DNA from: the human T2T-CHM13v2.0 reference genome, Homo sapiens
Assembly: GCF_009914755.1 (NCBI RefSeq)
Contig: NC_060946.1
Strand: one strand, 5' to 3'
DNA length: 64,000 nucleotides
In this document: in pieces, positions 29,205-42,879 of the stretch
How positions within the stretch are numbered: position 1 is the first letter of the stretch
Layout of the letters: the number at the start of each line of letters is the position of its first letter
Position numbers and translations under genes: made by a program
The notes under the pieces: generated by a model
Told to the model about the DNA's origin: nothing
Databases searched by the model: none
Seen by the model: only the letters and a program-made list of their open reading frames with translations

Positions 29205-29560
29205 TCTATTAGTTAACTCTTGCTTTGTAACAAGTAACCCCACACCTCAGAGGCCTAGGACCATAGGCCACCATTTCTCACTCATGAGCATGTGTTGCTT
29301 GGGAGGTTTTGGCTCAAACTGTGGTGGCTGAGCTGGATCTGCTCCAAGTGTCTCTGATCCTCCTGGGGTCAGGGGCCTGCCAGGGTGCCTTCTTCTCATG
29401 GCAATGGCAGGAGTGCAAAGAACAAAGGGAAATGTGAAGGTCTCTTATCCTATCACCCAGGCTCAGAATGGGCAGACTACCACTTTACCACATCCATTGG
29501 CCAAAGTGAGTCACGTGGCCAAACCAGAAGTCAAGGGCAGGAAGTTTAAGTATGAATCCC
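29205..29560 (-). mobile_element. Old MLT1-type LTR remnant
   Basis: TTCTTCTCATGGCAATGGCAGGAGTGCAA...CCATTGGCCAAAGTGAGTCACGTGGCCAAACC. Confidence 0.65.
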
Positions 29561-30704
29561 ATCTCCACGTGCTATGATTTCCTGGGCTTTCAACTTCTTG
29601 AGGCTGAATTGTTTTATTCTCAAATCCCCAAACTGCAGAAGACACATTTTCTCCAGGATTCCTTGAGCCACAGGGCAGAATGATTGTAGTTGACAAGGAC
29701 TAGATGGAACTCAAGGTTCCAGCCTCTGTGCAGTGGACGGGTGCCATCTGGCCACTGAGGTCACTTCCCTTCCCCTTGTCCCCATCTAGGGCCTCTGTTC
29801 TGCTCCAATCTGCCTGTCATTCTACCCAGGCCTTCCAGGCATCAGTCTCTTAACGATTCCTGGCTTTGTTCCCTCTCTTCACTTCTATTATGTGAGGGTT
29901 TCCATCCTTATTTGGTGTAGGAGGACTGGATTGAGTCAACTCAGCCTGTTATGTCCCCACTCTCAGCACCTGGGTACCCCTGAGTGATCAGCATGAGTGG
30001 GGTCCCCCAGTGTCTCCCTCCATGGCACATTCTGAAGGCATAGGAGCTGGATTGACATTCGGGACACCTGAACCTTTGTTCCACTTCTGCCATGACAGCT
30101 TCATGGGTCCAGGCAAATCACGGCACCTCTCTATGCTTCATTTTTTTATTCCTCACACAGTGGAATGACATTAACCTCAGTGCTTACCTAAGAGAGGAGA
30201 AATGATTCCTCTGCCTTCTCCCTATTTCTACATTTGCCAGAGCATCAGATTTTTGTGTCTAGCCAAGAATATAGGGAAGGAAGAGCAGGTAAGCTTTGGG
30301 CACAAAGAGGGCTTTTAGGGGTTTCACTTAAGGAAAGAAAGTGAGAGGGCAGAGAGGGTTGGTGGAGCATGATCTTGGGCCAGTGGTGAGGAACTAATGA
30401 AGTGCAATGTGCATGGGTTAGGGTGTGTAGCAGCCTGGGTCCCATCAAGAGATAGAAACCACACAGTGGGTTTAATGGGGAAGTGTAGTATAAAGGATTG
30501 CAACTATGATAAAAGAGTCACTGTGAGACATAAAGCAACTCTGCCTGGTGCCCTAGTGCAGAGGGAAGTACCCAAGGAAGCACAGATTTGAAAAAAGTTC
30601 TGATGTCATACGATGTGGTTCAACCACCACATAACGGACATTTGTGGATTTGGCCAGGCTGGAGCTAGTCAGCAGCTTTTGCACAAGCACTAGGCCGCCC
30701 ACCG

Positions 30705-30913
30705 GAGTGCAGGTGAGGGAGCCGGTGGTGAGCTGCTGGAGTGCAGTGGAGGGAGCCGGCGGTGAGCCGCTGGGGTGCAGGGGAGAGAGCTGGTCGTAAG
30801 TCACTGGGTGCAGGGGAGGGAGTCGGCAGTGAGTCACTGGAATGCATGGAAAGGAGCCGGCCATGAGCCACTGGAGTGCAGGGGAGGGAGCTGGCTGTGA
30901 GCCGCTGGTGCAG
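30705..30913. repeat. 34-bp G-rich minisatellite, 6 copies
   Basis: Consensus GAGTGCAGGGGAGGGAGCCGGCNGTGAGCCRCTG at 30705, 30739, 30773, 30807, 30840, 30874. Confidence 0.92.
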
Positions 30914-31514
30914 AGATACATGGCGGGAGTCTGACTGCCTTTGTAGGGCAGTAAAACCTCCAGAATGGGTGAGTCCCGCAGGGTCTGGCAGAAGGAATGG
31001 CAGCTCTGTGTGGACCCTCTAGAATACAGGTCACTGTGTGCAGGTTGCACAAGGGGTACAAGAGGAGGCCTGGGCAACTTTTCAGGAACCTTCAGATCAC
31101 ACGGGCACTGCTGCATTTTGGTTTCCTTGTCGAGATGCTGCAGGCCAAGGCTGCAAGGTGGCTGAGGGACCACGCCTAGGTCTGTGTTTGGGGCTTGAAC
31201 ATGATCAAGGCCCTCTGCAGTCTCTCCACCCTCTATCTAGATGCCTGCAGAATGTTCACTTCCAGGAGGTATATTGAAAAGTGCTTCCCAGTTTATCACA
31301 GTGCACATATTGAAAGGTGCACTAGGAACTGGGAGGCAATAGACTGAAACCTGACACAGGAGACGCTGGCTCATAGCAATGAAGAGAAGCTGAAAAGGAG
31401 TCAGTAGGAACTAACTGTAGTTTTACATCAATGACCTGCATCTTTGTTTCGATGGTTTGTGGCAACCAAAATGAATATTCTTTCTACCCTCCTAGTTCAG
31501 ACATAGCCTGAGAC

Positions 31515-31887
<373 letters not shown>

Positions 31888-32049
31888 TAAGAACTGGCTC
31901 ATGGCTAATTGTGTTTTCTTTGCTCTGTTTCTGGAACTGTGGGAGCATCTTCTGGGATAAGGGTCTATCTGTTTGAGTCTCTGAATTACTACGACCACCA
32001 GAGACCCCTTGTTGACCCGTGATGGATGTGAAATCAATTGAGAAGTCAA

Positions 32050-32548
<499 letters not shown>

Positions 32549-33779
32549 TAATGAAATGTCAACTATAATCCCAGCTCAAAGAGAACACCATAAAATTATG
32601 AAAGGCTTTCCACAAATCTCTAAATTTATGTCTTCATAAGATTACATCTCTATTTCTTCTTGAATAATTTACTTATTTTAGCTATGATTTAGTGATAGTA
32701 AGATGGTAATTATGAGGAGAAAATTCTCCCAACATTCCATTGAGAAAATTCTGCCTCATTTCACCACAAACCTGAGTCTTAAGCAGTCACTTCTAATGTA
32801 GCTGAATAATAATAGATCCTCACCCAGCTGAGTCTATGAGTTGAATCCATGTATGTGAGATAAGGCCCCCAAGGAGTGGTAATAAGCTGGGAATGCCATC
32901 AGCTCATCTTCCTTCAGGCCTATATTTGTTATTGTCACTTGTAGAAGCAGGACGGCCCCTGGCATTGGGATTGGTAGAAACAGAGTATCAAAGGGAAAAC
33001 TGAACTTCCCTAATTTTTGGAAAACAGTAGATTGGAAACAGATGGGCTCCAACGTTTTCCATGTGTGAGGTCATTGTCCCAGGTAGGCTTGCTCAGGACA
33101 TTTCTTGTCTGCAAAACAGAAGTCAAACAATATTTCTACCTTCCAAGAGAATAGAACATAATGTCAGATTTTCTTATGGATTCCCACAAGTTCAAGAAAG
33201 TTTCATGGCCTTATTTAACTGCTTAAGCATTTCAACTAAAAAAAAATTGTCTTTCAAATACACAGCAATCTGTTTGGAAAAATTTTAACGAGAAAAATTT
33301 GGAATTCTAAAGTAAAAAATGCATAAGGCCATAAAAATTTTTTATATCTTTTAATTTAGAGGTCAACTGGGGGAAAAAAATTCTCTGAAGTTTGCTTTTA
33401 TACCATTAAAGACTTATTTTTTATTACCAGCAATACAGAGCGATTTATTCAGGTTGAATCTTGAAGGTAAACTTTAACTTAATTTTAAGTTTTGGCTAAT
33501 TTTTAAGCATTTCTCAGTCACCTACCATGATTTCATCTCAGAAGCAAAAATCTCAATTTCATTTAGACCTTTGAAATATTAAAACAGAAGGCTAAATGCT
33601 TCAAAATAATATTCATGTAGAGACTTACAAATGTGGATCAGGAATCTCCATGTATTGCAAAGTTTATGAGAATACAACAAATGTTGATACACACATTAAT
33701 TCTGAAATAAAAACTTATAACAAATAAAACAAATCAAGAAAATTTTGTAAGTTACACATTTTATGTCTAAAAATACAGG

Positions 33780-35745
33780 TATTAAACACTCAAGGATGGA
33801 TAAAAGAAGAAATCACAAGAGAAAATAGAAAATATCTAGAGAAAAATTAAAAATATGAAATACCAAAAGTTAAGAGATACATCAAAAACAGTACCATAAG
33901 GGAAAAATTTATAGCTATAAATGATTCTAAAAAATAGGATGCTGAATCAACAACTTTACTCCTAAGGAACTAAAAACAGAGGGAAAAAGAGGGACAATTA
34001 AACGCTATCAAAATTTTAAAAAATGTTAAAGATAGCAGTGGAAATAAGTGAAATAGAGAACAGAAAAACAATATCAACAAAATCAAGTTTGTTCTCTGAA
34101 AAAGATCAAAACTGACAAAATTTTATCTAGCTTGACTAAGAAAAAAAGGGAAAACTCAAATTACTAAACTCAAAAATAAAATGGGTACATTACTAACAAA
34201 TTTTTGGAGTAAAAAAAGGATGTAGGAGAGTACCATAAGGAACTATACACTATAAAATTGAATAAACTAAATAAAATGAACAAATTCCTAGAAACAAAAA
34301 ACCTACTAAAGACTGAATCAGAAAAGCTGAATAAACCTGTTCAGCAAGGAGATTCAGCAGAAAGATTGCATCAGTAATCAAAAACCCAGCAACAAAGAAA
34401 AGTCTGGACAAGATGGCTTCACTGTTGAATTCTACCCAATTTTTAAAGCAGAATTAACACCAGTTTTTCTCAAACTTTTTCAAAACGTTGAAGAGGAGGT
34501 AACATTTTCTAACTTATTCTATGAGGCCAATATTACCTTGACACCAAGCCAGACAAAGGCACCATAACACTAAAAACAAACATCCCTTACAAATGCTGAT
34601 GCAAAAATCCTCAACAAAATACAAGCAACTCAAACTTAGCAGTACGCTGAAAGGATTATACACTATGAATGAGTATAATTGACTACTGGAATAAAAGTAT
34701 ATTCCAACACATGAAAATCAGTGTAATATCACATTAACATAAAGAAGGAAAAACTCTCATGTGATCATCTTAATCAAAGAAGAAAAAGCATTTGTCAAAA
34801 TTTAACCTACATTCATGATAAAATGTACCTAATAAACTATAAAAAGAAAGAAAACACCTTAACATAATGTTATACAAAAAACAAAACAAAAAAAAGCTAA
34901 CATTGTGAAAGACTGAAAGCTTTTACTGTAAGAGCAAAAACAAGGGTGCCTGCTTTTACTACTTCTATTTAATATAGTACTGAAGGTTCTAGTTAGTTAA
35001 AACAATAAGGTGAGTAAAAGAATAAAAGATATTCCAATTTTTTAAAAAGCAAAATTATCTGTTTGCAGATGACATAACCTTATGTATTAAAAATCTTTTA
35101 GTTTCTGTGAAATAAACTGTCAGACGCAATACCTAAAATTCAGGAAAGCTGCAGGATACAAAATCAATACACAAAAATCAGTTGTATTTCTACAATAACA
35201 ATAAACTATATGAAGAAGAAATCAAGACAACAGTATCATGTATGATAGCATCAAAAGAATAAAATACTTGGAAACCCACTTAACCAAGGAAATAAAAAAA
35301 CCTGTACAGCAAAAACTATAAAAATGGCATGAAAGTATTAAAGATGACACAAATAAATGAAAAGACGTCATGTGTTTATGGAATGGAAGACAAAACCTTG
35401 TCAAGATGTCATTGTTATCTATAGTCATCTACAGATTCAATAAAATCACTATAAAAATTCCAATATTTGCAAAAAAATAGAAAAACTTATTCTAAAATTC
35501 AGATGAAATCTCAAAAAATCCCAAATAGCCAAATCAATCTAAAAAACTAATAAAGTTAGAGGACTAACACCTCCTGGTTTCAAACTTACTGCAATGCTTC
35601 AGTACCCAAAACTTGTTGTACCAGCGTAGAGACAGACACAAAGACCAATGCAATAGAAATAAAGAACTGAAAAATATGGTCATGATTTTTAACAAGGGAG
35701 TCAACGCTATTTAACGATATTTTTTAAATGGTGTTTAAAACGGAT
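33780..35745 (+). mobile_element. Old L1M ORF2 remnant
   Basis: GATGGCTTCACTGTTGAATTCTAC; GATGCAAAAATCCTCAACAAAAT; CTGTTTGCAGATGAC (LFADD) at ~35059. Confidence 0.85.
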
Positions 35746-35748
35746 ATT

Positions 35749-35751
<3 letters not shown>

Positions 35752-35797
<46 letters not shown>
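35752..35797. repeat. (AT)n microsatellite, about 23 units
   Basis: Perfect dinucleotide run. Confidence 0.97.
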
Positions 35798-35800
<3 letters not shown>

Positions 35801-36733
35801 AAATTAGCTTTTTTCTGTCATGTATGTTGCAGATCTATTTCCCCATTCTGTTGACTTTTGACGTTGAGGCATTTTTCTCTCATACAAAGTTTTAATTTTT
35901 ATGGAGTCAAATACATCAGTCTTCTATTCAGTGACTTCTTCATGGGTATGGTGTTTCATTTTAGGATGATAAAGAAGTTGTAGATATGGATAAATTAGAT
36001 AAATTAGACGGTTGGACAACACTGAATATACTGGATGCCACAGAACTATACATTTAAACATGGTTAAAATTGTAATTTTTATGTTATATATATTTTACCA
36101 CCAAAAGAGGGCCAGGCTTAGATGTTTATATGTTAGGGGTTTGGAGTACCTCTAACATTTGTTCCCCTCCAGGAGAATAATTTATAAACACCCACACAAG
36201 AAAAGTAGACACTGACTTCACAAATCTCCTTACAAGTCCCACAGCAGGGGCTGTCTGGGAATGCTGAGGTGGAAAAAGTCACATAAACTTGAGGTCAATG
36301 TGAGACCTCCCATCCCCCACTCTGGAATCAGATGGAGGAAGGCATGCATGCAGGCTGAGCTGGAGAGATGAGCTGGGGTGGGCAGAACAGTCCTCCCATG
36401 ACCCTAGACCTTAAGTGCTCCCACATGCTCCCAGGCATGTATCAAACCAAGAAAGCAGCTAGGAGGGCAACACATCTACCTGTATACAGGGAGCCATGAA
36501 ATATCTGAGTTGCGCAAGTGATGCACGAGGAGACGGAAGCAGTCTGACCTTTACACAGTGACCTGGTTCAAATAATTTCAGGCTCTCGTTAACCAGGCGA
36601 GCTCCGCTTTCTCTATGAGGTAGGTAAACTTGAGGGGGTAAAGTGGGAGTTGGGGAAAATGGAAAAGAAAGCCTGGTAGTATTTCTTCTAACTCTGTTAT
36701 AAATAAAAAGTAAAACATAGATGCCACTTCTCA

Positions 36734-37827
<1,094 letters not shown>

Positions 37828-39392
37828 AAAAAAAGTTCATCATCTCAGTCATGTGATGTGGACTTTAGCAGAGCAGGATACACATGGTCATTTATCCTTT
37901 CCCTCTGCATGTTGTGTGCTTTTTCAGTTTATAATGTACCTGATCCACTTGTCTCATCATACTAGCTGCAAACAAGGCCACTGAATGTCACACCAGGTGG
38001 CCAGCATGTCTGTGAAGGGCAGAAACTGAGGCAGCCAAACAGCTGGCAGAGGCCAGCTAGTAAGTACCCAACCCACTCCATAGAGGACTCCACACTTAAA
38101 AGACAAGATCAGCAAGTGTCAGGCTGCCTCACTAATTATCTCCCCAAATAAAAAAATAAAAGTAACCCCTCCAGGGATCATGTGTGTGTGTACACACAAA
38201 AGTATATGCACACAGCTACATGCAAAGGGGAAAGGCTGGGAAGGAAGCAAATCCACCTATGAACACAAGTTACTTGTGGGGAAGGGGCAGGTGAAGCCAA
38301 CCATCAGCATTAATCACCTTTTCAACTGATGAGCTTGCATCAGTTTTGGCAACTTATCATAAAAAGGCAATTTTCACTCCTTGGGTGATCACCAAGGTCC
38401 TGCAAAGCTGAGCCACCAACAGCCACCTGCACCACTTCCCATGAGGCCAAATAATGGCTCCCCTCAAAGCTCAGCCCTCCCACCCACCTCCCAGTCTTCT
38501 CCCATGCAGGGGGCTTCTGGCCTCCTGGGGTACACAGGGGGCTGCTGGCCTCCTGGGGTGCAGGGGTCCAGGCCAAACCCAACCCACAGATGGTTGGTGA
38601 AACCGGCATGTATCCAAGGGCTTTTTCCCAACCTGGGCCATGTGCCCACTGCATAGATAGGCCTGTGCTTGCTCCCCTAGGACAGAGACTCCCTTTTCTT
38701 CCATTGGAATGAGGGGTGGGGAGATTTGATGATGTCCTGTACAGGTTGGATGTTAATCTGATATGCTGCTCTTGGAAAAGCTTGCCTGAGTTCGGCGCTT
38801 TCTCAGCACGTGGTGTTTGCTGCCCCTTCATGCTACAGAGATCTCAGAAGGTAAGTAAGTGCTACTGCAACCCCCATTTACTGGTTAGCAGAGGTCAGGT
38901 GATCTGCAGCCGGCCAAGCAGCTGCTAAGTGGCCAACAGTCTGGATCTGCATCTCACTTGCAGAGGCCCTGCCTGGCTGCTAGGGCTGCCCTGAGGCTCC
39001 CTCCTCCTCTTCCTCTTCCCTCCACAGCTCTCCTGGCTTCTATCCACATATGTGCTCCAGGTGGGGAGCACCTATGGATGCACCAGGGTGCAACTACTCA
39101 GACTCCAGCATGCAGAAGGGCCCCGACTCCATGCTGTTTCCATATCCAAGCCCAAGCTCGTCTAGAACTTCAGCAAATCCAAGTCTTCCTGTATTCCCTG
39201 CAAGACCAAATTGAGCCCTACAACCCCCACTACACTGGTTAGCTGCCAGTCCCAGCCCCTGCTCCTTCCTGGTCCCCTGTCTGTACAGTTCTGAAGTCCT
39301 ACAAGAATATTGAGATCCTAAGCCGACTCTCACCCAAAGAGGTAAACAATCAGGGGCCTCCAGAGGTAGAGAATATACCCAGACAGGTTCTG

Positions 39393-42300
39393 CCTGTTAT
39401 TGGTCTATTCAGAGATTCAACTTCTTCCTGGTTTAGTCTTGGGAGGGTGTATGTGTCGAGGAATTTATCCATTTCTTCTAGATTTTCTAGTTTATTTGCG
39501 TAGAGGTGTTTGTAGTATTCTCTGATGGTAGTTTGTATTTCCGTGGGATCGGTGGTGATATCCCCTTTATCATTTTTTATTGCGTCTATTTGATTCTTCT
39601 CTCTTTTCTTCTTTATTAGTCTTGCTAGCGTTCTATCAATTTTGTTGATCTTTTCAAAAAACCAGCTCCTGGATTCATTAATTTTTGAAGGGTTTTTTGT
39701 GTGTCTATTTCCTTCAGTTCTGCTCTGATTTTAGTTATTTCTTGCCTTCTGCTAGCTTTTGAATGTGTTTGCTCTTGCTTTTCTAGTTCTTTTAATTGTG
39801 ATGTTAGGGTGTCAATTTTGGATCTTTCCTGCTTTCTCTTGTGAGCATTTAGTGCTATAAATTTCCCTCTACACACTGCTTTGAATGTGTCCCAGAGATT
39901 CTAGTATGTTGTGTCTTTGTTCTTGTTGGTTTCAAAGAACACCTTTATTTCTGCCTTCATTTCGTTATGTACCCAGTAGTCATTCAGGAGCAGGTTGTTC
40001 AGTTTCCATGTAGTTGAGTGGTTTTGAGTGAGTTTCTTAACCCTGAGATCTGGTTTGATTGCACTGTGGCCTCAGAGACAGTTTGTTATAATTTCTGTTC
40101 TTTTACATTTGCTGAGGAGTGTTTTACTTCCAACTATGTGGTCAATTTTGTAATAGGTGTGCTGTGGTGCTGAAAAAATGTATATTCTGTTGATTTGGGT
40201 TGGAGAGTTCTGTAGATGTCTATTACGTCCACTTGGTGCAGAGCTGAGTTCAATTCCTGGATATCTTTGTTAACTTTCTGTCTCGTTGATCTGTCTAATG
40301 TTGACAGTGGGTGTTAAAGTCTCCCATTATTATTGTGTGGGAGACTAGTCTCTTTATAAGTCACTAAGGACTTGCTTTATGAATCAGGGTGCTCTTGTAT
40401 TGGGTGCATATATATTTAGGATAGTTAGCTCTTCTTGTTGAATTGATACCTTTACCATTATGTAATGGCCTTCTCTGTCTCTTTTGATCTTTGTTGGTTT
40501 AAGTCTGTTTTATCTGAGACTAGGATTGCAACCCCTGCCTTTTTTTGTTTTCCATTTGCTTGGTAGATCTTCCTCCATCCCTTTATTTTGAGCCTATGTG
40601 TGTCTCTGCACATGAGATTGGTTTCCTGAATACAGCACACTGATGGGTCTTGACTCTTTATCCAATTTGCCAGTCTGTGTCTTTTAATTGGAGCATTTAG
40701 CCCACTTACATTTAAAGTTAATATGTTATGTGTGAATTTGGTCCTGTCATTATGATGTTAGCTGGTTATTTTGCTCGTTAGTTGATGCAGTTTCTTCCTA
40801 GCCTTGATGGTCTTTACAATTTGGCATGTTTTTGCAGTGGCTGGTACTGGTTGTTCCTTTCCATGTTTAGTGCTTCCTTCAGGAGCTCTTGTAGGGCAGG
40901 CCTGGTGGTGACAAAATATCTCAACATTTGCTTGTCTGTGAAGGATTTTATTTCTCCTTCACTTATGAAGCTTAGTTTGGCTGGATATGAAATTCTGGGT
41001 TGAAAATTATTTCCTTTAAGAATGCTGAATATTGGCCCCCACTCTCTTCTGGCTTGTAGAGTTTCTGCCGAGAGATCCGCTGTTAGTCTGATGGGCTTCC
41101 CTTTGTGGGTAACCGGACCTTTCTCTCTGGCTGCCCTTAACATTTTTTCCTTCATTTCAACTTTGGTGAATCTGACAATTATGTGTCTTGGAGTTGCTCT
41201 TCTCGAGGATTATCTTTGTGGCATTCTCTGTATTTCCTGAATGTGAATGTTGGCCTGCCTTGCTAGATTGTGGAAGTTCTCCTGAATAATATCCTGCAGA
41301 GTGTTTTCCAACTTGGTTCCATTCCCCCTCATCACTTTCAGGTAAACCAATAAGACGTAGATTTGATCTTTTCACATAGTCCCATATTTCTTGGAGGCTT
41401 TGTTCGTCTCTTTTTATTCTTTTTTCTCTAAACTTCCCTTCTCGCTTCATTTCATTCATTTCATCTTCCATCACTGATACCCTTTCTTCCAGTCGATTGT
41501 ATCAGCTCCTGAGGCTTCTGCATTGTTCACGTAATTCTTGAGCCTTGGCTTTCCACTCCATTAGGTCCTTTAAGGACTTCTCTGCATTGGTTATTCTAGT
41601 TATCCATTCATCTAATTTTTTTTCACAGTGTTTAACTTCTTTGCCATTGGTTTGACCTTCCTCCTGTAGCTCGGAGTAGTTTGATCATCTGGAGCCTTCT
41701 TCTCTCAACTCATCAAAGTCATTCTCCATCCAGCTTTGTTCCATTGCTGGTGAGGAGCTGTGTTCCTTTGGAGGAGGAGAGATGCTCTGCTTTTTAGAGT
41801 TTCCAGTTTTTCTGCTCTGTTTTTTCCCCATCTTTGTGGTTTTATCTACTTTTGGTCTTTGATCATGGTGACATACAGATGGGTTTTTGGTGTGAATGTC
41901 CTTTCTGTTTGTTAATTTTCCTTCTAACAAACAGGACCTTCAGCTGCAGGTCTGTTGGAGTTTGCTAGAGGTCCACTCCAGACCCTGTTTGCCTGGATAT
42001 CAGCAGCAGTGGCTGCAGAACAGCAGTGGCTGTAGAACAGCGGATCTTGTTGAACCACAAATGCTGCTGCCTGATCGTTCCTCTGGAAGTTTTGTCTCAG
42101 AGGAGTACCCGGCCGTGTGAGGTGTCAGTCTGCCCCTACTGGGGGGTGCCTCCCAGTTAGGCTGCTCAGGGATCAGGGACCCAGTTGAGGAGGCAGTCTG
42201 CCCGTTCTCAGATCTCCAGCTGTGTGCTGGGAGAACCACTACTCTCTTCAAAGCTGTCAGACAAGGACTTTCATGTCTGCAGAGGTTACTGCTGTCTTTT

Positions 42301-42878
42301 TGTTTGTCTGTGCCCTGCCCCAGAGGTGGAGCCTACAGAGGCAGGCAGTTCTCCTTGAGCTTTGGTGGACTCCATCCAGTTCGAGCTTCTTGGCTGCTTT
42401 GTTAACCTAATCAAGCCTGGGCAATGGCAGGCGCCCCTCCCCCAGGCTCGCTGCCACCTTGCAGTTTGATCTCAGACTGCTGTGCTAGCAATCAGTGGGA
42501 CTCCATGGGTGTAGAACCCTCTGAGCCATGTGCAGAATATAATCTCCTGGTGTGCTGTTTTTTAGCCTGTTGGAAAAGCACAGTATTAGGGTGGGAGTGA
42601 CCCTATTTTCCAGGTGCCATCTGTCACCCCTCTCTTTGACTAGGAAAGGGAACTCCCTGACCCCTTGCACTTCCTGAGTGAGGCAATGCCTCACCCTGCT
42701 TCAGCTTGTGCATGGTGCGCTGTACCCACTGTCCTGCACCCACTCTCTGGCACTCCCTAGTGAGATGAACCTGGTACCTCAAATGGAAATGCAGAAATCA
42801 CACATCTTCTGTGTCGCTTATGCTGGGAGCTGCAGACCAGAGCCATTCCTATTCAGCCATCTTGGCTCCACCCCACCC
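39393..42878 (-). mobile_element. L1PA (L1PA4/5-like) 5'UTR, ORF1 and first third of ORF2; 3' half missing
   Basis: 5' end GGGTGGAGCCAAGATGGCTGAATAGGAA; MGKKQSRKTGNSKKQS; broken ORF1 and endonuclease frames; stops near ORF2 [10 protein letters not shown]. Confidence 0.95.
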
Positions 42879-42879
42879 C

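Noticed and set aside
32550-33750. Possible vomeronasal or olfactory receptor pseudogene flank
   Set aside because: Vague resemblance only; no 7TM motifs found in any frame
42424-42600. L1 antisense ORF0
   Set aside because: ATG is present but a 1-nt loss near 42560 shifts the frame and it stops at about 58 codons
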